Shown here: positions 9,958 to 20,071 of the stretch, one piece after another
How positions within the stretch are numbered: position 1 is the stretch's first letter
How the letters are laid out: each line of letters begins with the position of its first letter
Assembly: GCA_035291665.1 (NCBI GenBank)
Contig: DATDRP010000006.1
Location: forward strand, 145,255 to 209,254
Length of the DNA stretch: 64,000 nt
Direction: 5' to 3'
Origin: Patescibacteria group bacterium
GTDB taxonomy: Bacteria > Patescibacteriota > Microgenomatia > UBA8517
Notes under the pieces: generated by a model
What the model was told of the DNA's origin: nothing
The model's input: only the letters and a program-made list of their open reading frames with translations
Databases searched by the model: none
Program-made: the position numbers and the translations under genes

Positions 9958-11423
9958 TAAATTGGACTTAGGACAATAGTTTCATTTTTATACCCGTAGA
10001 CATCAACTGTTCCGTTAAAGTTGAAATATCCTGATTTGGTAGCTTCGATTGAATAAATTTTTTTCTGCAGGTCCGAAAAAAAGACTTGACCAAAATCAAT
10101 ATTATCTTCAAGTCCGCTCGAAGCAGTGGCATTGAAAACTGGTGCCGTATTATATAAACGTGCGGAAACTGAGGCGATCTGGTTTTCAGATGGATCTAGA
10201 AAAGTGATTAACACACTGTCGCTTGTATGATCTGTGACTGCAAAATTAACAGTATTTACGGTATCCGCAAGAACTTTTATCGGCAGGAACGGGTTAATAG
10301 CTTCAATGTCTCCGACGGAAGAATCTATTGTGATATGGTAGTTGTCCCACTCCAAATCCGGTAATTGAAAATGACCGGATGCGTCGGTAGCGAATTGTTC
10401 AGTATATTTATAAATCGGTTGATCGCTAGTATCTGTTCCGATAGTTTTTTCTCCCTGTATGGTGAATTCAACATTGCCTAAGGCTCCAAAACCGCTGACT
10501 GCGTCATCATGGGAAAATACATCTAATGTGCTGGTTTTATCAATGGAGAAAGAAATTTCTGTTAGCTGTCCCTGGAGTACGGTAAGATTAGGTTTGTTGG
10601 GATTTTCAACCTCTGTGGGAGAATAAGTCTGTTCTGAACTGTATCCCGATTTCGAAGTTAAGACTTGATAGCAAGGTGTTGTACAAACTGGAGCACCGGG
10701 TAAAATTACCCGACCGTTATCTGCTGTTAAAAGTGTCACATCTATTTGAGGAGTTGTGGTTGTTGCAATAATGTGTACGCTGGCTTGGTTTACAGGCTGA
10801 GCGTCGGAGTTTATAACGATGATGGATAAAGTTCCTCCGGTAACTGTTGATTCAATACCCGATGGCGATATGTCAGTAACCAACCTGATCGGGTTTCTTT
10901 GAGAGGTGATTTGCCCTTCCCATGAGGCATCAATTGTAATTCTTTTGTAATCAGTTGCCAATAAATCTGCCGGTGCTTGCTGGTCGAACGGATCATCAAT
11001 ATAAAGGATTGTTGTTTTAATATAATAATTTGCACCGTTGATATTTATCGTTTCATTCTGAGGAATATTACCCGGGGGAATTCCTCCGATTGTGCCGATA
11101 GAATCATAAGGGAGATTTCTTATCGTCTCCATCTTTTCTTGAGCGAGGTGTTTTGCATTAATACGGGAACTGTTATAGGTACTCACAGAATAAGAAGTTG
11201 TAACAAGAGTAAAAAGCGCCTGAGCAAGAATCGAAAATAAGGCTAACGAAATCAAAACACTTATCAAAACAGATCCTCTACTGACAATAGATTTCATGGG
11301 CAGGTACATTGATATAAAGTATAGCATTTGGCATAATGGTAGAAAGAAGATGCTCAAAACTATTGTTTTGGACGTTTTGGTTTGGTTAGAAAAAATATAA
11401 TTAGGTAGTATGGTTATTTTCAA
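9957..11423 (-). CDS. Large minor pilin/pseudopilin (PilV-like), prepilin-type N-terminus; alternative start at 11297
   Basis: MKSIVSRGSVLISVLISLALFSILAQALFTLV is a prepilin-like leader plus hydrophobic helix; its stop overlaps the downstream pilin start by 1 nt. Confidence 0.6.
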   Translation of the reverse strand: MKITILPNYIFSNQTKTSKTIVLSIFFLPLCQMLYFISMYLPMKSIVSRGSVLISVLISLALFSILAQALFTLVTTSYSVSTYNSSRINAKHLAQEKMETIRNLPYDSIGTIGGIPPGNIPQNETININGANYYIKTTILYIDDPFDQQAPADLLATDYKRITIDASWEGQITSQRNPIRLVTDISPSGIESTVTGGTLSIIVINSDAQPVNQASVHIIATTTTPQIDVTLLTADNGRVILPGAPVCTTPCYQVLTSKSGYSSEQTYSPTEVENPNKPNLTVLQGQLTEISFSIDKTSTLDVFSHDDAVSGFGALGNVEFTIQGEKTIGTDTSDQPIYKYTEQFATDASGHFQLPDLEWDNYHITIDSSVGDIEAINPFLPIKVLADTVNTVNFAVTDHTSDSVLITFLDPSENQIASVSARLYNTAPVFNATASSGLEDNIDFGQVFFSDLQKKIYSIEATKSGYFNFNGTVDVYGYKNETIVLSPI

Positions 11424-11426
11424 ATT

Positions 11427-11457
11427 TCTTAATATCTTAGTATCTTAATATCTAATG
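11427..11457. repeat. TAATATC-type tandem repeat module (CTTAATATCTTAGTATCTTAATATCTAAT) in the divergent pilin/pilM intergenic region
   Basis: Same module as the reverse-complement copy at 1161-1188; lies between divergently transcribed operons, so possibly promoter-associated. Confidence 0.5.
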
Positions 11458-11468
11458 CAAGTCCTGCC

Positions 11469-12863
11469 ATGGTAAGAAGATCATTCGTTTCAATATATTT
11501 CTTGAATAGTCAGTTCCAGCTGGTTATTCTTTCCGGATCAAAGAAAAAAGTTCAAAAGTATACAACGATTGATTTACCCGAAGGACTGATTTTGAATCAT
11601 GAAGTTCAAGATCCGAAACTCCTTGGTGAAATTCTTAAGAAAGTTTGGGCTAAATACAAAATCAAAGAAAAAAGTGTGGGAATAGTCGTTCCGGAGTTTT
11701 CCACATTCACAAAAAGCTTTAACCTGCCCGATCTTGCTGAAGACGAACTTGATGAAGCAGTAAGATGGCAATCATTAGACTATATTCCGTTGAATCAAAA
11801 TGAGATGGTGCTGGATTGGAAGGTAATTAAACGTACGGAAGCTTCTGTTCAGGTGTTGGCAGTTGCAATAAAGGACAATATTCTCAAAGGTTATGTTGAT
11901 GCAACAGCCCTAGCCGGTCTTTACCCCTTAGTTGTTGAAACACCTTCAATTTCCCTGACGCGTATTAGCGGTGAGAAGGGTGAAAAAATTATTATATTTT
12001 TCTCATTCGATGAAGTTATTATTGTCTTGGCTGATGGCCAAAGTATAATTTCGAGTTCGGTGCTGCATTCCTCCGCTTCGGCACAGGACATCGTACGGAC
12101 CTCCCAGCGGATGACTGCACACTATCAGGATATTTCCATCAAAGAAGTTTATCTTGGAGGTGTAATTTCATCTCAGGAAATTGTTAATCAAGTGGTAACG
12201 GGCTTAAACCTCAAAGCGGTAAAAATTGGGATTAAGGAAATTTCATTTAATGACTCGGAACTTCAAAAATATCTGATTCCGATTTCGCTTCAATTCAAAG
12301 ATCCTGCTGAACCATCAAGTTCAGAAACAATTAACTTATTGCCGGGCGCCGTTGTTTCAAAATATGAAAAGAAAAGATTAAGTGTTCAACTTTGGAGTTT
12401 GATGATGATTACGACTGTGATAATAGTCGTAAGTTTTTTAGCACTTCTGGGAAGTTATATGTACATTATTCAGAACCAGTCTTTTTACAACAATAAAAAT
12501 GAATCCGAAGTTGCAACGTACGGGAAAAACAAAGACGCATTGGAACAGATAAAAACCATCAATTTATCGTCCGATAGGGTTAAAAGTATTTTTAATCTTA
12601 TGCTGTATCCGCAGGATGTTTTAAACCTTGTAAAGAGTGCTGATCAGGAAGGTATACGTGTGATAAATTATAAAATTGATTTTGAAAAAAGGACAGCGCT
12701 CATACAGGGTGTTGCATCAACCAGAGATAATTTGCTGGATTTTAAAACCAGCCTGGAAAAAATGGAAGGAATTTCCGAAGTAAAGCTTCCCCTTTCAAGT
12801 TTTGAAAAAGAAACGGATTTAGAATTCAATATTTCGTTTACGTTTTTGCGTCAAAAAAAATAA
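11469..12863 (+). CDS. pilM: Type IV pilus assembly protein PilM fused to a PilN-like TM/periplasmic region
   Basis: Actin-like PilM motifs (ELDEAVRWQSLDYIPLNQNEMVLDWKVI); internal TM LWSLMMITTVIIVVSFLALLGSYMYI followed by about 130 aa, as in PilN. Confidence 0.7.
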   Translation: MVRRSFVSIYFLNSQFQLVILSGSKKKVQKYTTIDLPEGLILNHEVQDPKLLGEILKKVWAKYKIKEKSVGIVVPEFSTFTKSFNLPDLAEDELDEAVRWQSLDYIPLNQNEMVLDWKVIKRTEASVQVLAVAIKDNILKGYVDATALAGLYPLVVETPSISLTRISGEKGEKIIIFFSFDEVIIVLADGQSIISSSVLHSSASAQDIVRTSQRMTAHYQDISIKEVYLGGVISSQEIVNQVVTGLNLKAVKIGIKEISFNDSELQKYLIPISLQFKDPAEPSSSETINLLPGAVVSKYEKKRLSVQLWSLMMITTVIIVVSFLALLGSYMYIIQNQSFYNNKNESEVATYGKNKDALEQIKTINLSSDRVKSIFNLMLYPQDVLNLVKSADQEGIRVINYKIDFEKRTALIQGVASTRDNLLDFKTSLEKMEGISEVKLPLSSFEKETDLEFNISFTFLRQKK

Positions 12864-12869
12864 ATTAAT

Positions 12870-13487
12870 ATGAATGGAAAAAAGAGTGATGAACAACAAT
12901 TGAAAGCTAATAACAGCGGTGAACGGGATATGAAGCAGGTTAAAGAGAAAGTTCAAAAACCGAAAAAGACGATAAATTTTCTTTTGGTCTTCCTCTTTAT
13001 TAACTTGATTATTTTATTGGGCTCTTTATATCTGATTTATGATCTGCCTCGAAAGGCTGAGGTTTTGAAATCCGCAAAAATCGAAGCATTAAAGATTGAA
13101 GAAAGCAGCAAGGTGGATTTAACAGGTCTAGAGATAATCCAAAATAAAAAAAACTGGGAAATATTAAAAAGCTATTTCCCGGATGAAGTTGGTGTTATCA
13201 AATTTATTACCGATCTGGAAACTTTGAAGAAGAATGAAATTATTAAGGACATGTCATTCGTCAGCCAGGATGCCGTTAGGGATAAAACCGGAGCTTTGGG
13301 AATTCCGTTTATAATGGAAATTGAAGGAAGTTGGGACAAAGTAGACGCAGCTTTAAAGGATTTTTATGATTTACCGTATTTGGTGAGAGTGATTAATGTT
13401 GACGCAACTGTCCTTGAGGATGGGAGTGTAAACTTTAAATTTGGGGGTTTTATATATGTCTCAGAGAGCCTTGACAAAAATAGATAG
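12870..13487 (+). CDS. PilN/PilO-family bitopic pilus assembly protein
   Basis: Single N-terminal TM then a coiled-coil/periplasmic domain; position between pilM-N and the pilin gene. Confidence 0.4.
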   Translation: MNGKKSDEQQLKANNSGERDMKQVKEKVQKPKKTINFLLVFLFINLIILLGSLYLIYDLPRKAEVLKSAKIEALKIEESSKVDLTGLEIIQNKKNWEILKSYFPDEVGVIKFITDLETLKKNEIIKDMSFVSQDAVRDKTGALGIPFIMEIEGSWDKVDAALKDFYDLPYLVRVINVDATVLEDGSVNFKFGGFIYVSESLDKNR

Positions 13488-13689
13488 TTTTTTCTTTCTG
13501 TTCATTGGGGTAATGATAGTATTGGCTATCTTTGTTGTTGTGGCTTTCAAGGAAATATTTTCATCCATTCGAACGAGTTCCGATGTGACCGTTTCACTTT
13601 CGGAAAATGAATTGAAAGTTGATAAAAATAAATTACAGGAAGCTGTAAGTTTGATTGAATCTAAGGATGTTGTAGAATTAAAAAAGTAA
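13456..13689 (+). CDS. Small single-TM protein (possible PilP-like or hypothetical)
   Basis: ORF with one TM; overlaps the end of the preceding gene; no motif. Confidence 0.25.
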   Translation: MSQRALTKIDSFFFLFIGVMIVLAIFVVVAFKEIFSSIRTSSDVTVSLSENELKVDKNKLQEAVSLIESKDVVELKK

Positions 13690-14147
13690 TGAAAAATAAA
13701 TTTAAAGCCTTTACTTTAATTGAACTTTTGATTGTAATTTCGATTATCGGACTACTGGCAACAACAATGGTCATTGCCATTAACCCTTCAAAACAATTAG
13801 CAAAAGCCAGGGATGGACAGAGAGAAGGTGATGTCTATTCAATTTTTTCCTATGTTCAGCAATACAAATCAGAACACAATGGAACATTACCCGATACTGA
13901 CGGAGATCCGGAAACGAATAATTTTCCCACAAGCTTGACTTGTATTGGATCGTCGGGAGGGTGCTTTAACCTTGCAGGAGCCGGTGACGATGATGAATCA
14001 ATAGTGCCTGACTATGCAGCAGCGCTCCCAACTGATCCGAAGACAGGAAGTGGAGTAAATACAGGTTATTTGATTATGGTTGATGCTTATGGCCACATTA
14101 CCGCATCCGCCTCAGGTGAAACAAAGACAATCAGCATAACGAGGTAG
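13689..14147 (+). CDS. pilA: Type IV major pilin (prepilin)
   Basis: Classic class III signal KAFTLIELLIVISIIGLLA with Glu at +5; 152 aa; C-terminal Cys pair (CIGSSGGC). Confidence 0.8.
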   Translation: MKNKFKAFTLIELLIVISIIGLLATTMVIAINPSKQLAKARDGQREGDVYSIFSYVQQYKSEHNGTLPDTDGDPETNNFPTSLTCIGSSGGCFNLAGAGDDDESIVPDYAAALPTDPKTGSGVNTGYLIMVDAYGHITASASGETKTISITR

Positions 14148-14304
14148 AATAATTTTTACGATTAATTACCTCTCTTTCCGAGTTTACCAAACCGGTATGA
14201 CTTTCATCATATTTACCAAACTACTTCAGGTCAGTGTAATAGTATAAAATAAATTTATATATGCGCTTTGAAATGATTCGTAACTTAAGTATTATTAAAT
14301 AACC

Positions 14305-15165
14305 GTGGGAAATTTCTTTAAACGGGTAATGAATGAATTGGTCTATGGAGGCCATCTGCTGTCTTTAGGGGCTTCCGGTATTGTTTGGTCGGTAATACTT
14401 CTGAACGGATCGGATGGCGGATTCCCAATAGTAGTTTTAGCATATTTGATTTCACAACTGGTTTATAACATTGACCATTTGAAAGAAGAGAAGATTGTTA
14501 GTAGTCAAGGAAACGCCGAGAGGACTTCTTACTTGGAGAAAACAAGAAAAAAACAAGTATTTGCGTTAATGATATATGTCGCTTTATTCATAGCCTTTGG
14601 AGTCTTATCTCCTCTTCCGGTTTTTCTTTTATCATCCTCAATAGTTCTGGGAGGGATCCTTTATACATTGAAACTAAAAAAGATGATGAAAGAAATTGTC
14701 GGTTTAAAAAATATCTATATATCCTTTTTTTGGGGTGTTTTAAGTTTTTTGGTACCTTTGTATTATTTCCTTAATCCGCTGAACCCGGTTTTTATATCGA
14801 TTTCATTATTCATTTTTCTTAGATGGATTGTTAATTCAACCTTTTTTGATTTGAAAGATATTGAAAGCGATAAAAAAATTAACATAAAAACCCTACCAGT
14901 AGTTTTTGGATTTACAAAAACAATAAATTATTTACATCTCTTTAATATATTTTCCGGATTAGCTCTTATATTATTTGTCTATTTTTCTGTTTTACCGACA
15001 TATACCATTGTTTTATTATTTTTATGGATATACAGCATGTTTTATCTTGCCAGAGCTAAGTATTTAACTGATAAAGATTTACGCAGTTTGTCTTATATTG
15101 TTGTTGATGGTGAATATATTTTATGGCCATTCGCCATATTAATTGGGAAGTACCTGTTTGAATAG
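14305..15165 (+). CDS. Polytopic membrane protein, possible UbiA-family prenyltransferase
   Basis: About 8 TM segments; Asp-rich motif FFDLKDIESDKK resembles the second UbiA motif; the first motif is weak (YNIDHLKEE). Confidence 0.35.
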   Translation: MGNFFKRVMNELVYGGHLLSLGASGIVWSVILLNGSDGGFPIVVLAYLISQLVYNIDHLKEEKIVSSQGNAERTSYLEKTRKKQVFALMIYVALFIAFGVLSPLPVFLLSSSIVLGGILYTLKLKKMMKEIVGLKNIYISFFWGVLSFLVPLYYFLNPLNPVFISISLFIFLRWIVNSTFFDLKDIESDKKINIKTLPVVFGFTKTINYLHLFNIFSGLALILFVYFSVLPTYTIVLLFLWIYSMFYLARAKYLTDKDLRSLSYIVVDGEYILWPFAILIGKYLFE

Positions 15166-15170
15166 TATTT

Positions 15171-16766
15171 ATGAATACAAATATTTTCGTCCAGATTGTA
15201 CTGGTATCGATTAATGCATTTGGGTTAGTCCTCGCCTGGTGGATTCTTCGTGGCGGAAACTCTAAACAATTGAAATTATGGTTCTCTCTTATGACAATAT
15301 TTATACTTTTGTGGGCTAATTTTTCTTATTTTGGTTCGACCGCCAGGAGTGTGTCTACTGGACTATTGTTTTACAGATTAAATTGGGCGGCGGTTTCGTT
15401 ATTTCTACCGTCATTTTTTTATTTTTTTGTAATTTATTTTCTTCTCAAAAGCCACTTGGCTAGTAAAATCGGAATTATAATATTTATTTTATCAATAATA
15501 TTTTTTATTCTTTCGCTTTTTACAGGATTGATTATTAAAGATGTAGTTCAACAAAGCTGGGGTATGGGGATAGTATTCGGACCCCTTTCTGATTATTTCA
15601 ATATCTTCTCAGCAATAGTTGCCATAATTGTTATTACCTATAGTGTGCAAAGTTATAAATCATTATCTAAAGAAATGAAAGTGAAACTAAATTATTTTCT
15701 GGCTGGTATTTTTGTCTTTATAACTGCAAATTTGGTATTTAATGTTGGCTTACAAGTAATTTTCCAGAGTGTAAGATTTCAAATCTATGGAGATTTTTCT
15801 GCGATATTCTTTTTAGTTTTTACAGCCTATGCGATCGTGAAGTATGAACTTTTTGATATAAAAATTATCGCAACTGAAGGTTTAACAGCAGTATTATGGA
15901 TAGTCTTACTTGCTAAAACGTTTGTATCAGAATCTCCGGTACAACTACTAATAAATATTCTTATATTTCTTTTAACCGTAATTTTCGGAGTGCTTTTAAT
16001 AAAAAGTGTCACGCGTGAGGTTAAACAAAGACAACTTCTCGAAGAACTCAATAAAAAGTTGAAAGAGCTTGACAAACAGAAAGATGAATTTGTGAGTATG
16101 GCGGCTCACGAACTTCGTTCCCCGTTAACCGCCATCAAAGGATATGTTTCGATGATTATGGAAGGCGATACAGGTGATATTCCCGAAAAAGCCAGACAAT
16201 ATCTTGCCGATAGCATGGCGGTTACTGACCGGCTTGTTCGTTTGGTCAATAATATGCTCAATGTTTCAAGAATAGAGGAAGGACGGATTGTTTATCAGAT
16301 GGAAGAGACCCATCTTATACGTGCCGTTCAGGAGGTTTATTATTCGTATCGGATTGAAGCAGAAAGAAAAGGGATTGAAATTGTAATGAATATACCCAAC
16401 GGTTTGGATGATGTTGTGTACGTGGACCCCGACAGAATTCGTGAGGTGATCGGGAATATAGTAAGTAATGCTGTAAAGTTTACGGAAAAAGGGAAAATTG
16501 AAATTTCAATAGGGAATCCCCGGAAGGGTGTGGTCAGGGTGGATGTTTCCGACACAGGTCCCGGAATTACCGAAGAAGAGCAAAAAAAATTATTTGTAAA
16601 GTTTTATCGTGCAGAGTCTACAGCCGGTAAAACTTTCGGTACCGGACTCGGGCTTTATATAACAAAGCTTCTGATTGATAATTTCGGTGGTGTGATCGGA
16701 GTTGAGTCACAAATTGATAAAGGAACAACCTTCTGGTTTGAATTACCTGTCAGAAAGCAGGTATAA
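15171..16766 (+). CDS. Sensor histidine kinase with an N-terminal 7TM receptor domain
   Basis: Seven TM segments; H-box AAHELRSPLTAIKGY; N-box NAVKFT; G-boxes DTGPGI and GTGLGL. Confidence 0.85.
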   Translation: MNTNIFVQIVLVSINAFGLVLAWWILRGGNSKQLKLWFSLMTIFILLWANFSYFGSTARSVSTGLLFYRLNWAAVSLFLPSFFYFFVIYFLLKSHLASKIGIIIFILSIIFFILSLFTGLIIKDVVQQSWGMGIVFGPLSDYFNIFSAIVAIIVITYSVQSYKSLSKEMKVKLNYFLAGIFVFITANLVFNVGLQVIFQSVRFQIYGDFSAIFFLVFTAYAIVKYELFDIKIIATEGLTAVLWIVLLAKTFVSESPVQLLINILIFLLTVIFGVLLIKSVTREVKQRQLLEELNKKLKELDKQKDEFVSMAAHELRSPLTAIKGYVSMIMEGDTGDIPEKARQYLADSMAVTDRLVRLVNNMLNVSRIEEGRIVYQMEETHLIRAVQEVYYSYRIEAERKGIEIVMNIPNGLDDVVYVDPDRIREVIGNIVSNAVKFTEKGKIEISIGNPRKGVVRVDVSDTGPGITEEEQKKLFVKFYRAESTAGKTFGTGLGLYITKLLIDNFGGVIGVESQIDKGTTFWFELPVRKQV

Positions 16767-16778
16767 TTACAACACAGT

Positions 16779-17207
16779 ATGATGCAGGATGATTCTCAAG
16801 GATTGGGAGCACCCGCGGTTACAATACCGCAGTCGCAGGACCGTAAAAAAATTCTTCTTATCGAAGACGATCCGTTTCTTCTTCAAATGTATAATGACAA
16901 ATTTGTTAATGAGGGATATGAGGTAAATGTTGCCCATGATGGACTCGAAGGGCTAAAAATGCTCAATGAGAAGCAGGTGGACTTGGTACTTTTGGATATT
17001 TTGATACCGAAACTTTCGGGAGTTGATTTATTGACCAAAATAAAAGAAGACCCGAAGTTGCAAAAAATGCCGATTATTGCCCTTACCAATCTTTCAAACG
17101 TAAAAGAGGAACAGGATGTCAAAGCAAAGGGTGTGAATGAATATTTAATAAAATCTGATTATACCCCCACGCAAGTTGTTGAAATTGTGAAGAAATATCT
17201 CCCGTGA
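16779..17207 (+). CDS. Single-domain response regulator (receiver only, CheY/PilH-like)
   Basis: REC motifs LLIEDD, phospho-acceptor region LVLLDILIP, ALTN; no output domain. Confidence 0.8.
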   Translation: MMQDDSQGLGAPAVTIPQSQDRKKILLIEDDPFLLQMYNDKFVNEGYEVNVAHDGLEGLKMLNEKQVDLVLLDILIPKLSGVDLLTKIKEDPKLQKMPIIALTNLSNVKEEQDVKAKGVNEYLIKSDYTPTQVVEIVKKYLP

Positions 17208-17242
17208 CAGCCTTTTTTAGAAAGTGAGTCTTAAATGGAAAT

Positions 17243-17848
17243 TTACTTCGGACGCGTGAGAACAAAAACCAAACCAATTATTGCGACGAGAGCAAGACCC
17301 GATGCAAGTCCCGCCCGCTTTAACCCGAGTATAACTTTATCGCGAACTGAGGATTTTTCAGGTGTTGGTGTGGGGGATTCTTGACTTTCTTCACCTGTTG
17401 CTTCGGGATTCTCCGGGAGATTTTCGGTTGGCTTTTCCAAAAACGTAATTGGCTTGACACTCCCTCTCATAACAACTTCACCCGCAGGTAGTTTAGTTTT
17501 TGCATTTTTTTCAGTTGTGATAAAAAGACTTGCAAAAGGAACTTTTGATACGTATTCACCCTTGCCAAGTCCGATTTGCCCAAGTGCGAAGGGATCGCCC
17601 CCGGCTACCGGGTTTGCCCAGAGAATATAGGTGTATATCGATCCATCAACCGGGTAAAGGATGTTTCGGCATGAAACAATTACACGGTATGAACCGGTTT
17701 GCATTTGTAGTGATGCGGCGAAACATTTGTAATCAAGTTCTGTGGTACTGCGAAGTTCAAAAGTGCCATCGGATGCATGAACGACCGTAAACCCTAAGAG
17801 TAAATATATAGAAAAACCAAAAATGAAGGTTTTTAAAATTTTTAACAT
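17243..17848 (-). CDS. Secreted hypothetical protein with signal peptide and C-terminal TM anchor
   Basis: N-terminal signal (FIFGFSIYLLLGFTVVHA), Pro/Thr/Glu-rich linker (SPTPTPEK), C-terminal TM plus basic tail (VFVLTRPK). Confidence 0.5.
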   Translation of the reverse strand: MLKILKTFIFGFSIYLLLGFTVVHASDGTFELRSTTELDYKCFAASLQMQTGSYRVIVSCRNILYPVDGSIYTYILWANPVAGGDPFALGQIGLGKGEYVSKVPFASLFITTEKNAKTKLPAGEVVMRGSVKPITFLEKPTENLPENPEATGEESQESPTPTPEKSSVRDKVILGLKRAGLASGLALVAIIGLVFVLTRPK

Positions 17849-17991
17849 ATTATTAATTTCTTAAGATTTATTTTATCAAAATATATTCCAAAATAACACT
17901 AATTAGTATTAATTGGTAACTCGACCGAGACAGCATTTTCAAATTTTTGTAGAATTGAAAACAAGCACTGGTTGCTTTAAGATGTACATAT

Positions 17992-18423
17992 ATGCCTGAT
18001 CCTGTCCAACAGACCCCAGCGCCCGTTCCCGGAAAAACTGTAGATGTCAGAAACATCCCCAACCTTCTTCTGGTTGAAGATGATCCTGTGCTTTCGAAAA
18101 TGTACACCGAAAAATTTAAATTCGAAGGTTTTAATGTATTAACCGCCATGAACGGAGAAGACGGATTGAGGCTTGCACTATCAGAAAATATTGACCTTAT
18201 AATATTAGATCTGATGCTTCCCCGGTTGTCAGGAAGTGAACTTTTAGCAAAGTTGCGTCAGGATGCAAAAGGCAGAAATACAAAAGTAATTGCTCTGACA
18301 AACCTGGCCGAACAAGAAGAAAGGCAAAAAGTTATGCAGCTTGGAGTTCTGGATTATCTAATAAAAGCGATGCAAACTCCGGAAGAAGTGGTGGAAAAAG
18401 TAAAAAAGTACCTCAGTACATAA
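17992..18423 (+). CDS. Single-domain response regulator (receiver only), paralogue of 16779-17207
   Basis: LLVEDDPVLSKMYTEKFKFEGFNV versus LLIEDDPFLLQMYNDKFVNEGYEV; same architecture. Confidence 0.8.
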   Translation: MPDPVQQTPAPVPGKTVDVRNIPNLLLVEDDPVLSKMYTEKFKFEGFNVLTAMNGEDGLRLALSENIDLIILDLMLPRLSGSELLAKLRQDAKGRNTKVIALTNLAEQEERQKVMQLGVLDYLIKAMQTPEEVVEKVKKYLST

Positions 18424-18427
18424 TGAC

Positions 18428-20071
18428 TTAGACTTTCCAAAGCAGTTTTTTGTAATCCTCAATGACTCTTGTCGTAGAGAAATTTGTTGAAGTGTTTATA
18501 GATCTTCTCATACGTTGAATCCATTCCTGCGGAAGACCATTTTTATCTCTTCCAAAGAACATGGGAGCGATGGAATCTTTGAGGGTTGAATATAAGCTTC
18601 CGGATGGGTTACCCGCATCAAGAATCCACCCGATATCTTTCCAGTCAACCTCAGACACCCAACCGTCAGCTACAGTGCAGCTCAAAACACCGTTTGCGAT
18701 AGCTTTCATACCGGATGTTCCGCTTGCTTCCTGATTGCCCTTGGGAGTATTGAGCCAAACGTCTGATCCGGAGACCAAATTATTGGCTAGTGATATATTG
18801 TAGTTTGGTATAAAAATCGCGTTTCCAAAAAGCTCCTTAGAAAAAATTTCAATAATCCTCTCGATTATTGATTTTGCGTTCGGGTCTGCTGAATGCGAGT
18901 TTCCTGCAAAAAGGATCTGAATCGGGTGATTGATATCAGTAATAATAGATTTGAGTGTTTCTATATCCTGAAAAACAGACATCGGTTGTTTATATTCTGC
19001 AAGCCTTCTTGCCCAAGTTACTACCAATTTGTTCGGATCATATCCGATACCGGTTCTTTTTATAACCGTTTCTGCCAATTCGTGTTTTTTTATTATATGA
19101 AGGTCCCAGATTTGTTCGTCGCTCAGTTGGGTATTTCTGAAGTCGCTATCCTGCCACCTTCCCATGTGTACGCCGTTTGTTATATTAACCCACTCGAAGT
19201 CAGGCCACTGTTTTTTGGCGTATGATTCGTGAAGCTTACTCACACTGTTGTGGCGAATGGATACGGATAATGCAAATTTTGTTATATCAAATTTATTGTT
19301 CGCAACCTTTCCCATGGATAGTAGTCCGCCACCCTCGACATTAAAAAGTTTTGAGTACCCGGAAGTATATTTTTCAAACAATTCTATCGGATAAAGCGGG
19401 TTTCCGGCAGAGACCAGGGTATGATTTGTATAAACAATTTTAGATTTCGCAATGTTCCAACTTTCAGTAAAACTTAATTTTTCATTTTCACTGAGAATAT
19501 TTTTTGTTATTTCCAGAACACACATCGTCGGCCGGCCTTCATTAATATGGTAGACGGATGGCTTGATATTTAATTCATTAAGGAGTTTTACCCCTCCGAT
19601 GCCCAATATAAGCATTTGCCGGACCTGGCTTTCTTCGTCACCGTGGTATAAAGCATCCATATCAGAAATCCATTGCTGGGGATTGCCATCCACGTCAGTT
19701 GAAAGAAAATACAAGGTTACTTTTTCTGATAATCTGATTTGATATGGTTTGACGTAAATTTTATCTCCTCCGAACTCCAGAGTTAACTTAAGAGGTTTAC
19801 CATTTTTGTACGTTGGCCGTAAAAAAGAAGTGTCGTGGTCAAATTCAGTATCTCTTTTCTCTTCGTTTCCGGTACCTGTTATGTGCTGCATGAACCATCT
19901 TCCTTTATAAAGAAGACCCACACCGACCATGGGAAAATCCTGGTCGGCTGCTTCTTGTATGATATCTGCCGATAAAATTCCTAAGCCGCCTGAATATGTC
20001 GGGAGATCATTATCAATTCCGAATTCGGCACATAAAAAAGCAACCGGTTTATTGGGGGCAGAGTTTTCCAC
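18428..20071 (-). CDS. glgP: Alpha-glucan (glycogen/maltodextrin) phosphorylase, short GT35 form
   Basis: YSGGLGILSAD near the N-terminus and the PLP-lysine motif EASGTSGMKAIANG. Confidence 0.85.
   Translation of the reverse strand: MENSAPNKPVAFLCAEFGIDNDLPTYSGGLGILSADIIQEAADQDFPMVGVGLLYKGRWFMQHITGTGNEEKRDTEFDHDTSFLRPTYKNGKPLKLTLEFGGDKIYVKPYQIRLSEKVTLYFLSTDVDGNPQQWISDMDALYHGDEESQVRQMLILGIGGVKLLNELNIKPSVYHINEGRPTMCVLEITKNILSENEKLSFTESWNIAKSKIVYTNHTLVSAGNPLYPIELFEKYTSGYSKLFNVEGGGLLSMGKVANNKFDITKFALSVSIRHNSVSKLHESYAKKQWPDFEWVNITNGVHMGRWQDSDFRNTQLSDEQIWDLHIIKKHELAETVIKRTGIGYDPNKLVVTWARRLAEYKQPMSVFQDIETLKSIITDINHPIQILFAGNSHSADPNAKSIIERIIEIFSKELFGNAIFIPNYNISLANNLVSGSDVWLNTPKGNQEASGTSGMKAIANGVLSCTVADGWVSEVDWKDIGWILDAGNPSGSLYSTLKDSIAPMFFGRDKNGLPQEWIQRMRRSINTSTNFSTTRVIEDYKKLLWKV

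Noticed and set aside
18893-19225. 110-aa + strand ORF
   Set aside because: It is antisense within the alpha-glucan phosphorylase gene
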